This document shows, one piece after another, positions 37,570-50,649 of a DNA stretch of 64,000 nucleotides. The translations under genes were made by a program, and so were the position numbers. Where the stretch lies: contig JAUCBJ010001302.1 in NCBI GenBank assembly GCA_032718475.1, positions 18,887-82,886 on the forward strand, read 5' to 3'. Each line of letters opens with the position of its first letter. Positions within the stretch are counted from its first letter, which is position 1. The notes beneath the pieces were generated by a model. It was not told the origin of the DNA. It made no database searches and was given only the letters and a program-made list of their open reading frames with translations. The stretch is from Nemertoderma westbladi (Eukaryota > Animalia > Xenacoelomorpha).

Positions 37570-39193
37570 TAACATATGGAGTGGGCGTGTGACTATATCA
37601 TTTTATATTTGTTTTTATTTTATATTTATGTATGTATTATTATGTAATTTTATTATAATCGTTTTCTTTAATTTTATTTAGTAGAATGTTATTTTAGTGA
37701 TTATTTAGTAGATTAGTGCAATATATTAGTGTTTATTACGTACGTAATTACTTATAATATATATTTAGTGCGACGGCGAGAAATAATTATTTTTTCTCTT
37801 TCCTTACTGTCCGTATCATATTATAAATACGTGACTACAGTAAGATGAAATGTCCGTACTTATTAAAGTACAATAAAGCTCCTACTATACTTAAGTATTA
37901 TTGGTAGGCAGAGTATTAGGAATGCAAAGTTCAGATCCTCGTGTCTCGGCTAAACCAAGCTCTGGGTAGACCTTGGAAACGACTTGCCTGTTCACACTGA
38001 CATTGCTTCGTGCGATATTGCTCTCATACCATATATAATAATACATATAGTAGCGTGATGTCCCTATAACAGTAGCGTGAAACGCAAATAAATCTGTTAA
38101 ACTTTTTGACCATCTGTAATTCTAGTCGATTAAGATATCGTGGCACCCACCGATATACTTGAAAGACAAATTCTAGAATCAGTGGTTAACGTCCCCAGAC
38201 AAGCTCTGGAATAAATCGGTGCCCATCTTAAATATTAATTTAATATTTAGTAAAATCTGTAAAATTCAGATCCTTTAAATTTCTAGTCAATTAAGATATC
38301 GTAGCCTTTACCGATACTCTTAAAAGACAAATTTCATAGAATTAAGGATCCTATGTCCCCAGACCTGCTCTGGAATCAAATTGTGTCAATTTTAACATCA
38401 AATAATAAAATTCACGGGAATAAATTTAAATTCATATTTTAAATGAATTTCATAAATTGTCATTTTGTACAATTTATAACATTCCCAAAATTCCATTAAT
38501 TAATAGATCATGGGAGCGGAGATTCATCCTATTGAGTGTATTAGAGTGCGAGAATCTCCAACATATAGTCAATAGCCGATAAAAATAATAAAATCATGCA
38601 TAAAGAGAATATTGACAATTAAAGAATTATTATTAAATAGCATCCCAGATCTGTATGCATGAGAATTACCCTAATTCTACCGCTAGCATTCCATAATGTC
38701 ACCATAGCAACACCCACGCTAGAATTAGAAGCAAGTTAAAAGAACAATAGAAAGCTTGTCCCATTGCATAGCATAGAGAATATAGCACACTACTAGTATC
38801 CAAGGACACACAGTAATAACGTGACATTCTGGAAGGCACTGACTAATGGACAAATGGCCTGTATGTGTGCAGTTTGTGACAGTTGTGTGGAATTTGTGCG
38901 TTTATAGGTGAATGTTACTGCTAAAGTATGTTTACAGTAGCTAGTCGCAATTGTAAAAATAGCCCAACTCTCCTATAGAAAGAACCTAAGTGGATCCAAG
39001 CCTTTGGGACGGACAGTGGAGTGACTTGTGCCGGTTATCGTTGTCGTGCTGTTGCTACATGTTGGCGTAAACACCGCGACGACGGTACATCGGCGCTGAG
39101 AATCCCACTGTCCGGGGGCAAAGAGAAGTAGGCAGCGACGCCCGCTCGCCTAAATATAAACTTATTTGATATTAATAAACTCAGATAGCAGAT

Positions 39194-40640
39194 ATGACGG
39201 AGTTGATAGAAGATGATCTTGGTATTAGGGAGCGATATACCCTACCTTTACAAGCATTTGTGGATAGCTTGATACGCGGTGAAGCTGATCCAACCATTAC
39301 GGAGGACGATGGTCGTTATATCGAACCGCCGATGTCCCAAGAGCAACTTGCGCGTGAATTGGACTATCGAAAATTCACCACTCGCTATACGAATCGTAAC
39401 AGTACGTATATGGACTTCCTAACTACCGGCCATCCTATCGATTTACATGATACGGACGATGTATACACCGAAAGGGAAATGGTTCTATTTAAATATCATA
39501 CCCAGCGGAGTCGTAACGATAAACCGATAATAGATCACGAAAATTCTATTCGTAACAGACTGGGAAGACGAACCAATATGCCTAGAATCTGAGGAGATTC
39601 AGCCTATCGCGCCCGGAACAGCGACAACGATTACATCCTAGAATGGTATCAAGGTCCACAGTGTCTCACTGCGTACAATTATCGCCATGCCAACTATGTT
39701 CTCGGCAACGTTGTCGGTTATGCGCATCGAGAGACCATGTTACGCCCATGGACACAAACATCCGCTGTTCCTATTTCCACGAACAACCGGCAATGGAAAT
39801 TTATTGCGCATATTGCAGACTCAATAACTTGCATATTTTTGCGGTTTGCCCTCAATTTATGACTCAATGTTACCATTGTCAACTAAAGAGATACGCCAGT
39901 TTCGATTGCCCTTTTAATCACGATTTGGAAAGCGTAGATGAAATGATCACACTACGTTACATCAGAGCTTGGGAAGCGAACACTGATTTACGTTGTGATT
40001 CGCGCCATCGCTATTATCCTGGACGCGCTTACGAAGGAGTTTATGCATTCCATCCTTATCTATTCGCTTCTGTCGAACAGAAATCACGCATATCGAGTTA
40101 CGAACTACTGAAGCGCGTCGGAGAATGTATTTCAACCAAATTCGTACGCAAATTTCTCAGGAGTGTTAATCCTAGCGACATTCATTCCTATAACTTAATC
40201 AATTTTATCCGTCAAGATCCGGGCTATGGAGACATATTTGTTAACTCACACCCGAGTTACAGGAAGTATATCGACGGCCTTACGAATACCGAGCCCGCGA
40301 ACGCGAGTTGGAAAGAACCATTAAACCCAGGAAGTTTCTAACTGCCTATGGTCCACCTACGGCTCTCGTTCAGACCACTCGTAAAGGACCCGTAAGAGCG
40401 GCTATCCTAAAACGCGCTCTAAAGGCCGTTAGACCCCTCTTCTCCGACGTTGATGTCTTCCAACCCGGCACTTCGACCGGCGGATACACCGACCATAATC
40501 CTATACCCTCTGATGCAATCATATTGCACCCTTCACCCAGGAGTTATAGCCCTCCTTGTAAAGTGGCTCGCCCCAAAGAGAAAAAGACTCTGGCTAGCTT
40601 TAAAAAACTGCGTAAACGCCGTCCGCGTAAGAAAGATTAA
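39194..40640 (+). pseudogene. Extra ORF of the LTR element in the env position, split into three segments, with two zinc-knuckle-like motifs and a basic C-terminus
   Basis: Segments 39194-39592 (frame stays open past the TGA to 39862), 39643-40341 and 40308-40640; CAYCRLNNLHIFAVC and CYHCQLKRYASFDC; KKLRKRRPRKK tail; ends 78 bp before the 3' LTR. Confidence 0.6.
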
Positions 40641-40718
40641 CTGTTTAGAGTATTTACGTATATTAGAAACTGTGATTTTGTATATTTTATAGACTTAAAT
40701 CCCATTTTCTGGGAGCGG

Positions 40719-41901
40719 TGTAAAAGCTTCTGTGGGATATAACTGGCCCTTTTGCTTTGCAATCCAGTTTCCCCCCAGGCGCTGGAATACTCTAAAAGGC
40801 TCACTAACTCGAATGGTACAAGCGACCGGCTGATTGGCTGATTTGCTGTACGAGGGGTTCTTTGCTATGTTCTATCGGCCAACCAGAGCTATAGCAGCAG
40901 AGTATGCAACCAGGACAACCGAGCGGAGTGACTCATTTTGTGTGCTGGCCAAGGGATGCAAAAATCCTGATAGTTCGGCATTTAGATATTCGTGGAACCT
41001 GTGGAATCTGGTGTTCTGCCAATGAGAGCTATTCCTCTCTGTGTAAAAGATACCTGCAACAGGGACAGAGGACAGTGTTGTTATTCCTCCTAGGCCAGGA
41101 ACACCGGCTCTAGAATCAATTCGTTTTCATACTTTAGAAGAAACATTAGTAGGCTTAAGATTATAGAGCGTATAACTGTTATCTTGTCACATCTTGTCAT
41201 ATCATATCTTAACCTACCGTCTTAATGCTATTTACTGTTGTGTTTTGGTTGAATATTATTTGGAGAACATTTATAAAGAACCCAAATTTCCCAATTTTCT
41301 TGATACACTACAGGTTAGAGAGACGGGTTATATATAGCGATTGCGACTTATATTATTGTGTATGTAGTGAATTTAATGCTATTTGATAAGCACTACATTG
41401 GTCCGTTGCTGTTCTCTCTATATATGATAAAATTCATTGACGGTCGGCAAATTAGTGAGCAGTATTGTGTGTTACCGGTAGTGTGCATGATTGTGACTGA
41501 TAACTAAGCATTTCCTAAAGAATGCGCCTCATACGTGAATCATAAGCCTTACCGACTTGCCGTTGTGATTAGTATAAGTCATATCTCTGTTTACTTAGAT
41601 AGAGCGCCACGTCCTAAAGGAACTGTTAATATTTCCCGAAAGTGAATAATATTAGTCAGAAATTATTTATTAACGATCAATCGAATAATACAGTAGGCTT
41701 CACTGCAATAATAATCTAAGCCCTCAGAATCCAGCCCCCCGGGTATATCCAGCGGGTGAATGGACGCGCACTAGGCTGGCTTCTGCTAATGTTGTGTTTA
41801 TTGGTATTAAATATTTGTCATCTTCTAAAGTATATTTATAAACCAAAAGACATATAAATTTTGGCAGGTTAAACTGCTAAAGGTCTTCAAAAGCGCGTAC
41901 A
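40719..41901 (+). repeat. 3' LTR (1183 bp)
   Basis: Copy of 29623-30805 at offset 11096. Confidence 0.97.
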
Positions 41902-43527
41902 AACATTCCCACCAAAACTGGCTGTCTGTTGTCTGGTTGATTAATCATTTGTTTGTTGTTTTCATTACGGGGGTTTTCCGGGTCGCTGATTTCAGGTTTG
42001 GTAGAATCTATTTGTCTTTCTTACAATTTGACGGACAGTCCGTCAACAGCAATAACTAGATAACTAAAAGAGATTTCGCTAAGCGGTTTTCAGATTTGAA
42101 ATCCTCTTTAAATTCGGCTTTGGATTAAATAAAAATACAAATTTGAAATTTCAAATTTTCACATGGGGGGGGGGGGGGGGGGTACTCCGGCCTCAAACAT
42201 TTAATTAACGGATTATTGTTTATCTGTATTCGGAATGGCCGTCCCTACAGGAGACTCAAATATATTAGAGACGTCATTCCCAATGTATGGGAATTAACAT
42301 TTTACTATATGTGAGAATTCCTCCCTAAATTAAGTGCATTCAAATAGATTATCTTCCCTAATATTCGGTAGTGGACCTAGGAAAATATCCCTGCTGTTTT
42401 AAGTTTTCACAAGATAATTTAATGACGTTTTTTCTGAAAGAAAATGTAATTTGCTTAAATTGCGAACCACATGGTCCTAATGCGGGCCCCAGCATGGTGC
42501 ATCCGATAACAAAAATATGAAAATTTGAACTGATTTATAGATAGTAAGGAAATATGGATCATTTGTTTCTGCGAGGTAGTTTGCACCAGATGCACTATTG
42601 CCTATCGATATTTTGTAAAAATAAATCTCTAGTATAGTTGTGTGCCTGTTATAAGTCGGAATCTAGTCCCATTTAATCAATTTTATTAAGGAAAACTTCG
42701 ACATAGAACCTTGTGCGGACAATAACTCATTGTGGAAATATGAGCGCACTTCCATTAATGTAATTATATTTTTTCGCTTTACACTCACTGTTGGTATGAA
42801 AGGTACGATATTTACCCAACCTACGGGATGTCTCAACAGTGCATTATACTCCCAAGAATTGAAGGCGTAACCATCACTTATCCTGCTAAGTCATTTCTTT
42901 ATATCACCAGCTACGCCTCTTATTTGATACGTCACTTTATTCTGTTACCCATGCTGCAGTGGGAGGGTAATATAATTATATATTGTACTTAGAAAGATTT
43001 TTTAAAGGTAGGCTTGTTTGTTTACCGTTATCATTTAACAACATTTAAGTACTCCCGGCATAAAGATGCCTGAAAAAGGGCGTGTCCGTTGCGAATTGAT
43101 CGGCTATTAATGTCATTCGGTTAGCTAGCTGTTATTATTTATTTACTGTCTTTCATTCCAAAGCTGATTTAGCGTTGGGTACTGTAGTCCGTGTGTGGTG
43201 TGTTGACTGATGATCATAGGTTACAGTTAATTTTTGATCTAATCAGCTGTTATTTCCGTCCATTTTCCCCTAGACGCTGGAGAGGGTTCCATTTTTATTG
43301 CTTAACGAATAATAATAATAAATAAATAACCAATAATATATATAGTCCGTCATAAGTTTAGTTTAGAAAGAATCTGAAGTTTGGTCAAAAATGAGTTTGT
43401 CTGTCTGTCGGTAGTTTCAGATTTTTGAAAAATACCGAAACAGGTCAGTCAATTATTGATGAAATTAAACAAAACTTGGTAAAACATGTGGTCTGTCAAA
43501 GGTTTAGAAAGAGTCTGAAGTTTGATA

Positions 43528-44505
43528 TATACCATGACCCGTAATATAGTGTCATTTTCTGATGACACGGACCCCCCCCCCCCCCCAAATTTTTCTACAA
43601 ATCTTTATCATATTGCTTGAAATTTGAAACACAACTAGTTCAACTCACCGTGGTTGTTACCATGAAGCCGGGATTTTCGATTTCGCCTTTAAATTTTTTT
43701 TTTATTAGCGTTTAAAATAAGTGTATTTTGCTAAATCGCATCATTGCCATTCTCCACATTAGTCGTAATTTTTTCACATCAATAGAAAGCTTCCGTTGCA
43801 AGGATTCCAAATATGTAACAATATCTGAATTTTGTTGAGAAACAGCTGAGAAATAGGCATTCAAAGATTGCAAGAATTATTGTTCGCTGCAGGCCATTTA
43901 TTCTATTTAATAAATACACAATATTCTGGAATGTGTTATTTATTTTATGAGTTGGAAGGCAACAGTGGTATGCCTAATAGGCATACCATACATTTGTTTA
44001 TGTATTATTAGCTACGCAATATAGATATTGTATAGGCATTGCCTATACAATATCTATATTGCGTAGCTAATAATACATAAACAAATTGTTCCAGAATATT
44101 GTGTATTTATTAAATAGAATAAATGGCCTCTAGCGAACGATAATTCTTGCAATCTTCGAACGCCTATATCTCAGCTGTTTCTCAACGAAATTCAGATATT
44201 GTTACATATTTGGAATCCTTGGAACACAAGCTTTTTAATGATATCTATAAAGCGAAGTTAATGTGAAGAATGGCGATGATTGGAGATGTGCAATTTCGCA
44301 AAAGACACTTTTTTAAAACGCTTATAAAAAAAATTTAAAGGCGAAATCGAAAATTCCGGCTTCATGGTAACAACCACGGTGAGTTGAACTAGTTGTGTTT
44401 CAAATTTCAAGATAATAAGGATTTGTAGAAAAAAAATTTTTTTTTTTGGGGGGGGGTCCGTATCATCAGAAAATGACACTATATTACGGTACGGGTCATG
44501 GTGTA
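43528..44505. mobile_element. ~980-bp foldback/MITE, palindromic along its whole length, TA-flanked
   Basis: taccatgacccg...gtcattttctgatgac versus tcatcagaaaatgacac...cgggtcatggtgta; perfect 47-bp-arm palindrome at 43992-44086 in the centre. Confidence 0.9.
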
Positions 44506-45938
44506 TTAGGATCATTTCGGTTCATATCGTTCACACTTAAGGACTATTCGGCTGATACAAACATTATATCGATTATTCAATCGTTTGCGCGTACCAATAT
44601 CATCGTATGTTACTGATACAAAACCGTGAAGCAAGTCGTAGGAGACAGTACAAGTCAAGTAAAAGCTTTTTGTTCTGTCTGATAATAAATTAGTGTGAGG
44701 GAGTCCCGGTGGTGTACGAGAAATTTTCTAGACAACTTCAAACTATAATTATGTTGTAATCATCTAATGAATTATAGAAGCTGTTGTGATTATAGACTTA
44801 CAATTTGTGAAGTACTAAGTTTGGTTTCATTTCTTAAAAATTCACCGACTTATTAACATTCGTACGTTTTCGACGACGACGGACGGTTAACGTTATAGCG
44901 GTTAATGGTCCCAGTACGCTAAGGCTTACCTGGACTTACGTGACCCGCCGACCGCCCCACAATTATAACCAATCCATTAATAATTATATACAAATGAAAT
45001 TATGTAATAAAATACACTGCATCAAATTATTCCCGATTAACGTTTTTTCAACATTTTGAAAAGCAACGACAAAGTTGATATAAATTAAACGTACGCACAG
45101 GGCAAGGTTGTTTTCAACTAAAACAATAAACGAGAGTCATGAACTGAGCACAGGTTACATTCTCATATTTCTTGCTATCGGCTGGAGGTGGTCCATAATA
45201 ACTATGAAACTAACTAATAAAACTGCTGTGAATCCGAGTCCTTTGTACAGATCGTTGCATACTGGAACCACTTTCTGCCTCCCACGCCCTTCCCTTACCC
45301 AATATTTACGGAGCTGCGTTTTACAGTACAGCTACAGGTAGGTGTTCGTGAGTCCTTCATTACTGCGGTGTGTCTGGCACTGCAGGTTCGAGATGACAGT
45401 TCAGAAGGCCTACGGTTTTCAGATACAATGAGTTGTGCTATCGTCCTACGGTGATGTTCATTGATTAGGAGATTTGACTTCTTCACGGGTTCGCCGATAA
45501 GCCGCAGGCTTCGATGATTTTGAATAAAATGCTATTAAAACAGTTTAAAAGGGGATTTTAGAAAGTATGTGGAAACATACTATGTATAAACATTAAACAT
45601 GGTTGAAAGTGAGACTATGAAAAATATATTATCAAAACTTAGTATCTACCTGACCTGAGTAGCGCAGGAACACATGTAAGATGTTATTAGTTGTCAGTTG
45701 TGTTTTCATTAATGATTCTGCAATACATTCACGGTCGATATATCATGGATAAGGTGGATTCGTTAATTATTTATCATCCACTGGAACACAAACTGTTGAC
45801 GTTAACGCCACAGGCAAAATAATGATTTCGGGATTACTAGATTACCCACAACCTGATCTTATAGCTTGTAACCCAGAGGTGAACGGCCTTCAGGCAAGAA
45901 ATGCATTTTAAACTTTTATCATAATGCATAGAATATAG

Positions 45939-46916
45939 TTGGTGCGCGAAAAAATTGTTGGGCTAGAAACAATCGAATAAGGGGTAACAAGGTGCCCTGA
46001 ATTGAGTGGCGGGGTGTGTTTTTTGTAAAAACGCGTGGTAACTGTCGAAATGGTGGGCATAAGTAAGCCCGGGAAGCCAATTTTGAAAATCGGCTGTGAT
46101 TGGCTGCTACAGATTTGACGTAACTATGAAGTACTCTGATAATTTCTTATAAAAAATAACTGGTTTCTATAGAGAGTGATTTTAGATGCATCCATTAGAT
46201 TCACCTTTAATATCAATCATTTCACACGTGGCTTATATCAATTTATTACATATATTATTTAAAAATAACAACAATTTGACTATATTATGTTATAACAAGA
46301 ATAAACCGTCAAAATTTAAATGTACAAAAATACATAGCGAGGGGGGGGGGGGATAAAGTCACCGTACAGTTTATTATACCCCGTCGACTGATGGGTGGAA
46401 AACCTGGCTCCGCTGTATCCACATGGTGACGTTTCCCCGCCACAGCGTGATGGATAATCGCTGCAACATGTGGCGGATTGTGTCGCTTGAGCCTGGGGTG
46501 GCGGCAGCGCCTTCGACAGTTCGCGTCTGGAGGGAGGAAATTACATCTTGCGCGTCTTTTAACTCTATAATTACTTAAATTCATCATCATGATGAACATT
46601 GATAACAATACTGTTATTGTATTGTAGTGTCAAAAGACGTGCAAGACTCTCCGCTTTCAATTGATATAAGCCACGTGTGAAATGATTTGAGATTAAATGT
46701 GTATTTGAATGGTTCTAAAATCACCCTCCATAGAATCCAATATAAGAAATTATCAGAGCAGCCAATCACATCCGATTTTCAAAATTGGCTTCCCGGGCTT
46801 ACTTAAACCCGCCATTTCGACAGTTTCCACGTGTTTTTACAAAAACACACCCCGCCACTCAATTCAGGGCACCTTGTTTCGATTGTTTCTAGCCCAACAT
46901 TATTTTCGCGCACCAA
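45939..46916. mobile_element. Long-TIR element (~260-300 bp inverted arms)
   Basis: 45939-46241 is inverted relative to 46660-46916 (ttggtgcgcgaaaa...ttttcgcgcaccaa). Confidence 0.8.
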
Positions 46917-47279
46917 CCCTATTTATTATATTAGTATTTTATTCTTAAACAATTTTTTTCTATCCAATTTTCAAAAGAAATTGCAGGATATTTAATTTCT
47001 CTTTATCTCCCTAATGAGATAGAGTATGCCATCGAAATACATGAAATTAACGGGATATAAAGTACTATAATTATTCTCGAACTCCGTAGAATACCGTCAG
47101 AACTTCGTAAAATACCGACGTATGCTTTACACGATTACAGTACACTTATATCTACATCTGTTTTTGTTATGCAGCAGACTATCCGACATGGTGGAGTATT
47201 GGACATCGTTATAATAAATATATCGTAGGTGGTAGGGGCTACCCAACTACCCAAAGTCTACCCTACAAACTTGCGACTA

Positions 47280-47700
47280 CACCCACTTACTACAAGCTAA
47301 GTGACGAAGATATGGCATCCAAATCCAGCCGTGATGTAAAGTGTATCCTTCAACGCCTAAGAATATTTCCACAATTTGCTGCTGGGCTGCTAAATTCGAG
47401 TATGATCTTAGAGAAGTTGCTATCGTAGCGAGTCGAGAGAAAACCGGCAACTCAGCTGACAACTTCTTGGTTGGGACCCAATTATTTGTAAAGTTCTGCC
47501 TCGATGAGCACCTGTGATGACGATCACTGTCTTCTCCACCCACACATCTATTAAAGCTACGTAATACGCAAGACATACTTAATTGGAAGCTATTATTGAC
47601 ATGAACCCTTTGTTAATAATGCATTATAAAATTTGCATAAAGTGGCATATCCGTTATTTGAATCCTCTTATGGGTGCCTCATCGCTCTAAACACAATTAC
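47280..47700 (-). pseudogene. Possible piggyBac transposase remnant
   Basis: Minus strand FNRCVGGEDSDRH...NNW resembles the YNxxMGGVDxxDQ...KW motif; upstream SDEAPIRGFK*R loosely resembles IDExMIxFKGR. Confidence 0.3.
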
Positions 47701-48729
47701 TATTGGCTGTCATTCTATTATTTGTATTGTATTTGCGATTACGGCGCTCATCATATATAGGTAATCAATACTGTCAACACCTGGTTTTGCAGGGGGAGTC
47801 GGAAATTACAAATTTTTGTCAATAATTAGAAGGGTACGTTTTGTTTGAGGTGTTTTAAGTTTAAGACATACATCAGGTGTCTGGGTAGGTTGAAGGTTCA
47901 GCAATGTTGAGTTATAAGAAGGGTTCAATTAGAAAGCAGGTAGCTGCAGTGGAGTCTCATTTATCTGATTCAAGGATTCGTTCTCTTATCAACAATCACA
48001 TGAATAAGCTTGATAGTTTGTTATTCGTTTTGTCATGTTTTTTGAGGTTCCATGTGATGAAATAATGAATACGATTGGAGTGAATACAGAATACCCCGAT
48101 TAAGCCAATATCTCATATAGATGGTGCTCTAATTTACAGTAGTTATCTCTCATTCTCGTTATTATTCTCAACATTACGAGCATATTGAATACCATCCATT
48201 CAGACCACTTACATTTGAGTACATGTGAATCAATGCACATATAATCTGATTGTAGCTGAGTTTAAGATTGGTTTGAAATTAATTTGCACAAATGTATAAA
48301 GAGACCGCACCTGTTCTAATATGTTAATTATTTATCTCGGTTGATTTTTTTTACTTCGATTACTAGGAATATCTACCCAGGTGCCCCTTTGTATTCTTAT
48401 TATATATTGTATCTATAATGTTGGAAAGTAATACGGCAGATTGATCGCGATAGCTTATTCTTTTACACTGCCCAATACATTGAGAACTTACGTGGATTTA
48501 CCGAAAGTTGGAAATACTTTACTATTTCCTTCTCCATTCTCATTATGTACTGTATTGAATCGGATATGTCGTAATCTTAATCTTTGAAACGGGATTATAT
48601 CACCAACCAGGTATTTTCCACATTGGAAGAAAAAAAGTAAATCGAAATACCTATCTTCCCGTTGGTGTAAACCGCCAAATAGTATTAATTTGCTAATTTT
48701 AATACTCTGCTAATAATATTACGAATTTT

Positions 48730-50649
48730 CCTTACAAAATTACTTTGAGCTCTGACTAGTAGCGTACTCTTTTCATTTTGTACTATTTTCTTTACAGTGT
48801 TTTCTTTACTCAGTGTGTACTATTTTGTTTACAGAGGTACTTGGAGCTCTGACTAGAATACTCATTGTGTACTATTTTCTTTACAGAGGTACTTGGAGCT
48901 CTGACTAGAATACTCATTGTGTACTATTTTCTTTACAGAGGTACTTAGAGCTCTGACTAGAGTACTCATTGTGTACTATTTTCTTTACAGAGGTACTTGG
49001 AGCTCTGACTAGCATAATCAATGTGTACTATTTTCTTTACATAGGTACTTGGAGCTCTGACTAGCGTACTCAGTGTGTACTATTTTGTTTACAGAGGTAC
49101 TTGGAGCTCTGACTAGCGTACTCAGTGTGTACTATTTTGTTTACAGAGGTACTTGGAGCTCTGACTAGCGTACTCAGTGTGTACTATTTTCTTTACAGAG
49201 GTACTTGGAGCTCTGACCAGCGTACTCATTGTGTACTATTTTCTTTACAGAGGTACTTGGAGCTCTGACTAGCGTACTCATTGTGAACTATTTTCTTTAC
49301 AGAGGTACTTAGAGCTCTGACTAGCGTACTCATTGTGTAGTATTTTCTTTACAGAGTAAATGGAGCTCTGCTCATTGTGTACTATTTTCTTTACAGAGGT
49401 AATTGGAGCTCTGCTCATTGTGTACTATTTTCTTTACAGAGGTAATTGGATCTCTGACTAGCGTACTCATTGTGTACTATTTTCTTTACAGAGGTACTTG
49501 GAGCTCTGTCATTGTGTACTATTTTCTTTGCAGAGGTAATTGGATCTCTGACTAGCGTACTCATTGTGTACTATTTTCTTTACAGAGGTACTTGGAGCTC
49601 TGTCATTGTGTACTATTTTCTTTACAGAGGTAATTGGATCTCTGACTAGCGTACTCATTGTGTACTATTTTCTTTACAGAGGTACTTGGAGATCACTAGC
49701 GTACTCATTGTGTACTATTTTCTTTACAGAGGTACTTGGAGCTCTGACTAGAGTACTCATTGTGTACTATTTTCTTTACAGAGTTACTTGGAGCTCTGTC
49801 ATTGTGTACTATTTTCTTTACAGAGGTAATTGGAGCTCTGACTAGCGTACTCATTGTGTACTATTTTCTTTACAGAGGTACTTGGAGTTCTGACTAGAGT
49901 ACTCATTGTGTACTATTTTCTTTAAAGAGGTACTTGGAGCTCTGACTAGAGTACTCATTGTGTACTATTTTCTTTACAGAGGTACTTGGAGCTCTGACTA
50001 GAGTACTCATTGTGTACTATTTTCTTTAAAGAGGTACTTGGAGCTCTGACCAGCGTACTCATTGTGTACTATTTTCTTTACAGAGGTACTTGGAGTTCTG
50101 ACTAGAGTACTCATTGTGTACTATTTTCTTTAAAGAGGTACTTGGAGCTCTGACCAGCGTACTCATTGTGTAGTATTTTCTTTACAGAGGTACTTGGAGC
50201 TCTGTCATTGTGTACTATTTTCTTTACAGAGGTACTTGGAGATCACTAGCGTACTCATTGTGTACTATTTTCTTTACAGAGGTACTTGGAGCTCTGACTA
50301 GAGTACTCATTGTGTACTATTTTCTTTACAGAGGTACTTGGAGCTCTGTCATTGTGTACTATTTTCTTTACAAAATTACTTTGAGCTCTGACTAGTAGCG
50401 TACTCTTTTCATTTTGTACTATTTTCTTTACAGTGTTTTCTTTACTCAGTGTGTACTATTTTGTTTACAGAGGTACTTGGAGCTCTGTCATTGTGTACTA
50501 TTTTCTTTACAGAGGTACTTGGAGCTCTGACTAGAGTACTCATTGTGTACTATTTTCTTTACAGAGGTACTTGGAGCTCTGACTAGAGTACTCATTGTGT
50601 ACTATTTTCTTTACAGAGGTACTTGGAGCTCTGACCAGCGTACTCATCA
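48730..50649 (+). repeat. ~52-bp tandem array built from the intron/exon-4 junction of the ZnT gene, about 35 copies
   Basis: Unit tgtgtactattttctttacag|aggtacttggagctctgactagcgtactcat; the last copy runs into the true exon. Confidence 0.95.

Larger units (their letters stand above)
29623..41901 (+). mobile_element. Non-autonomous BEL/Pao LTR retrotransposon, recent insertion, in sense orientation inside a ZnT intron
   Basis: TG...CA LTRs at 29623-30805 and 40719-41901; 5-bp TSD AACAT (29618-29622 and 41902-41906); purine tract GGGAGCGG at 40711-40718; BEL-type Gag and protease. Confidence 0.97.
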
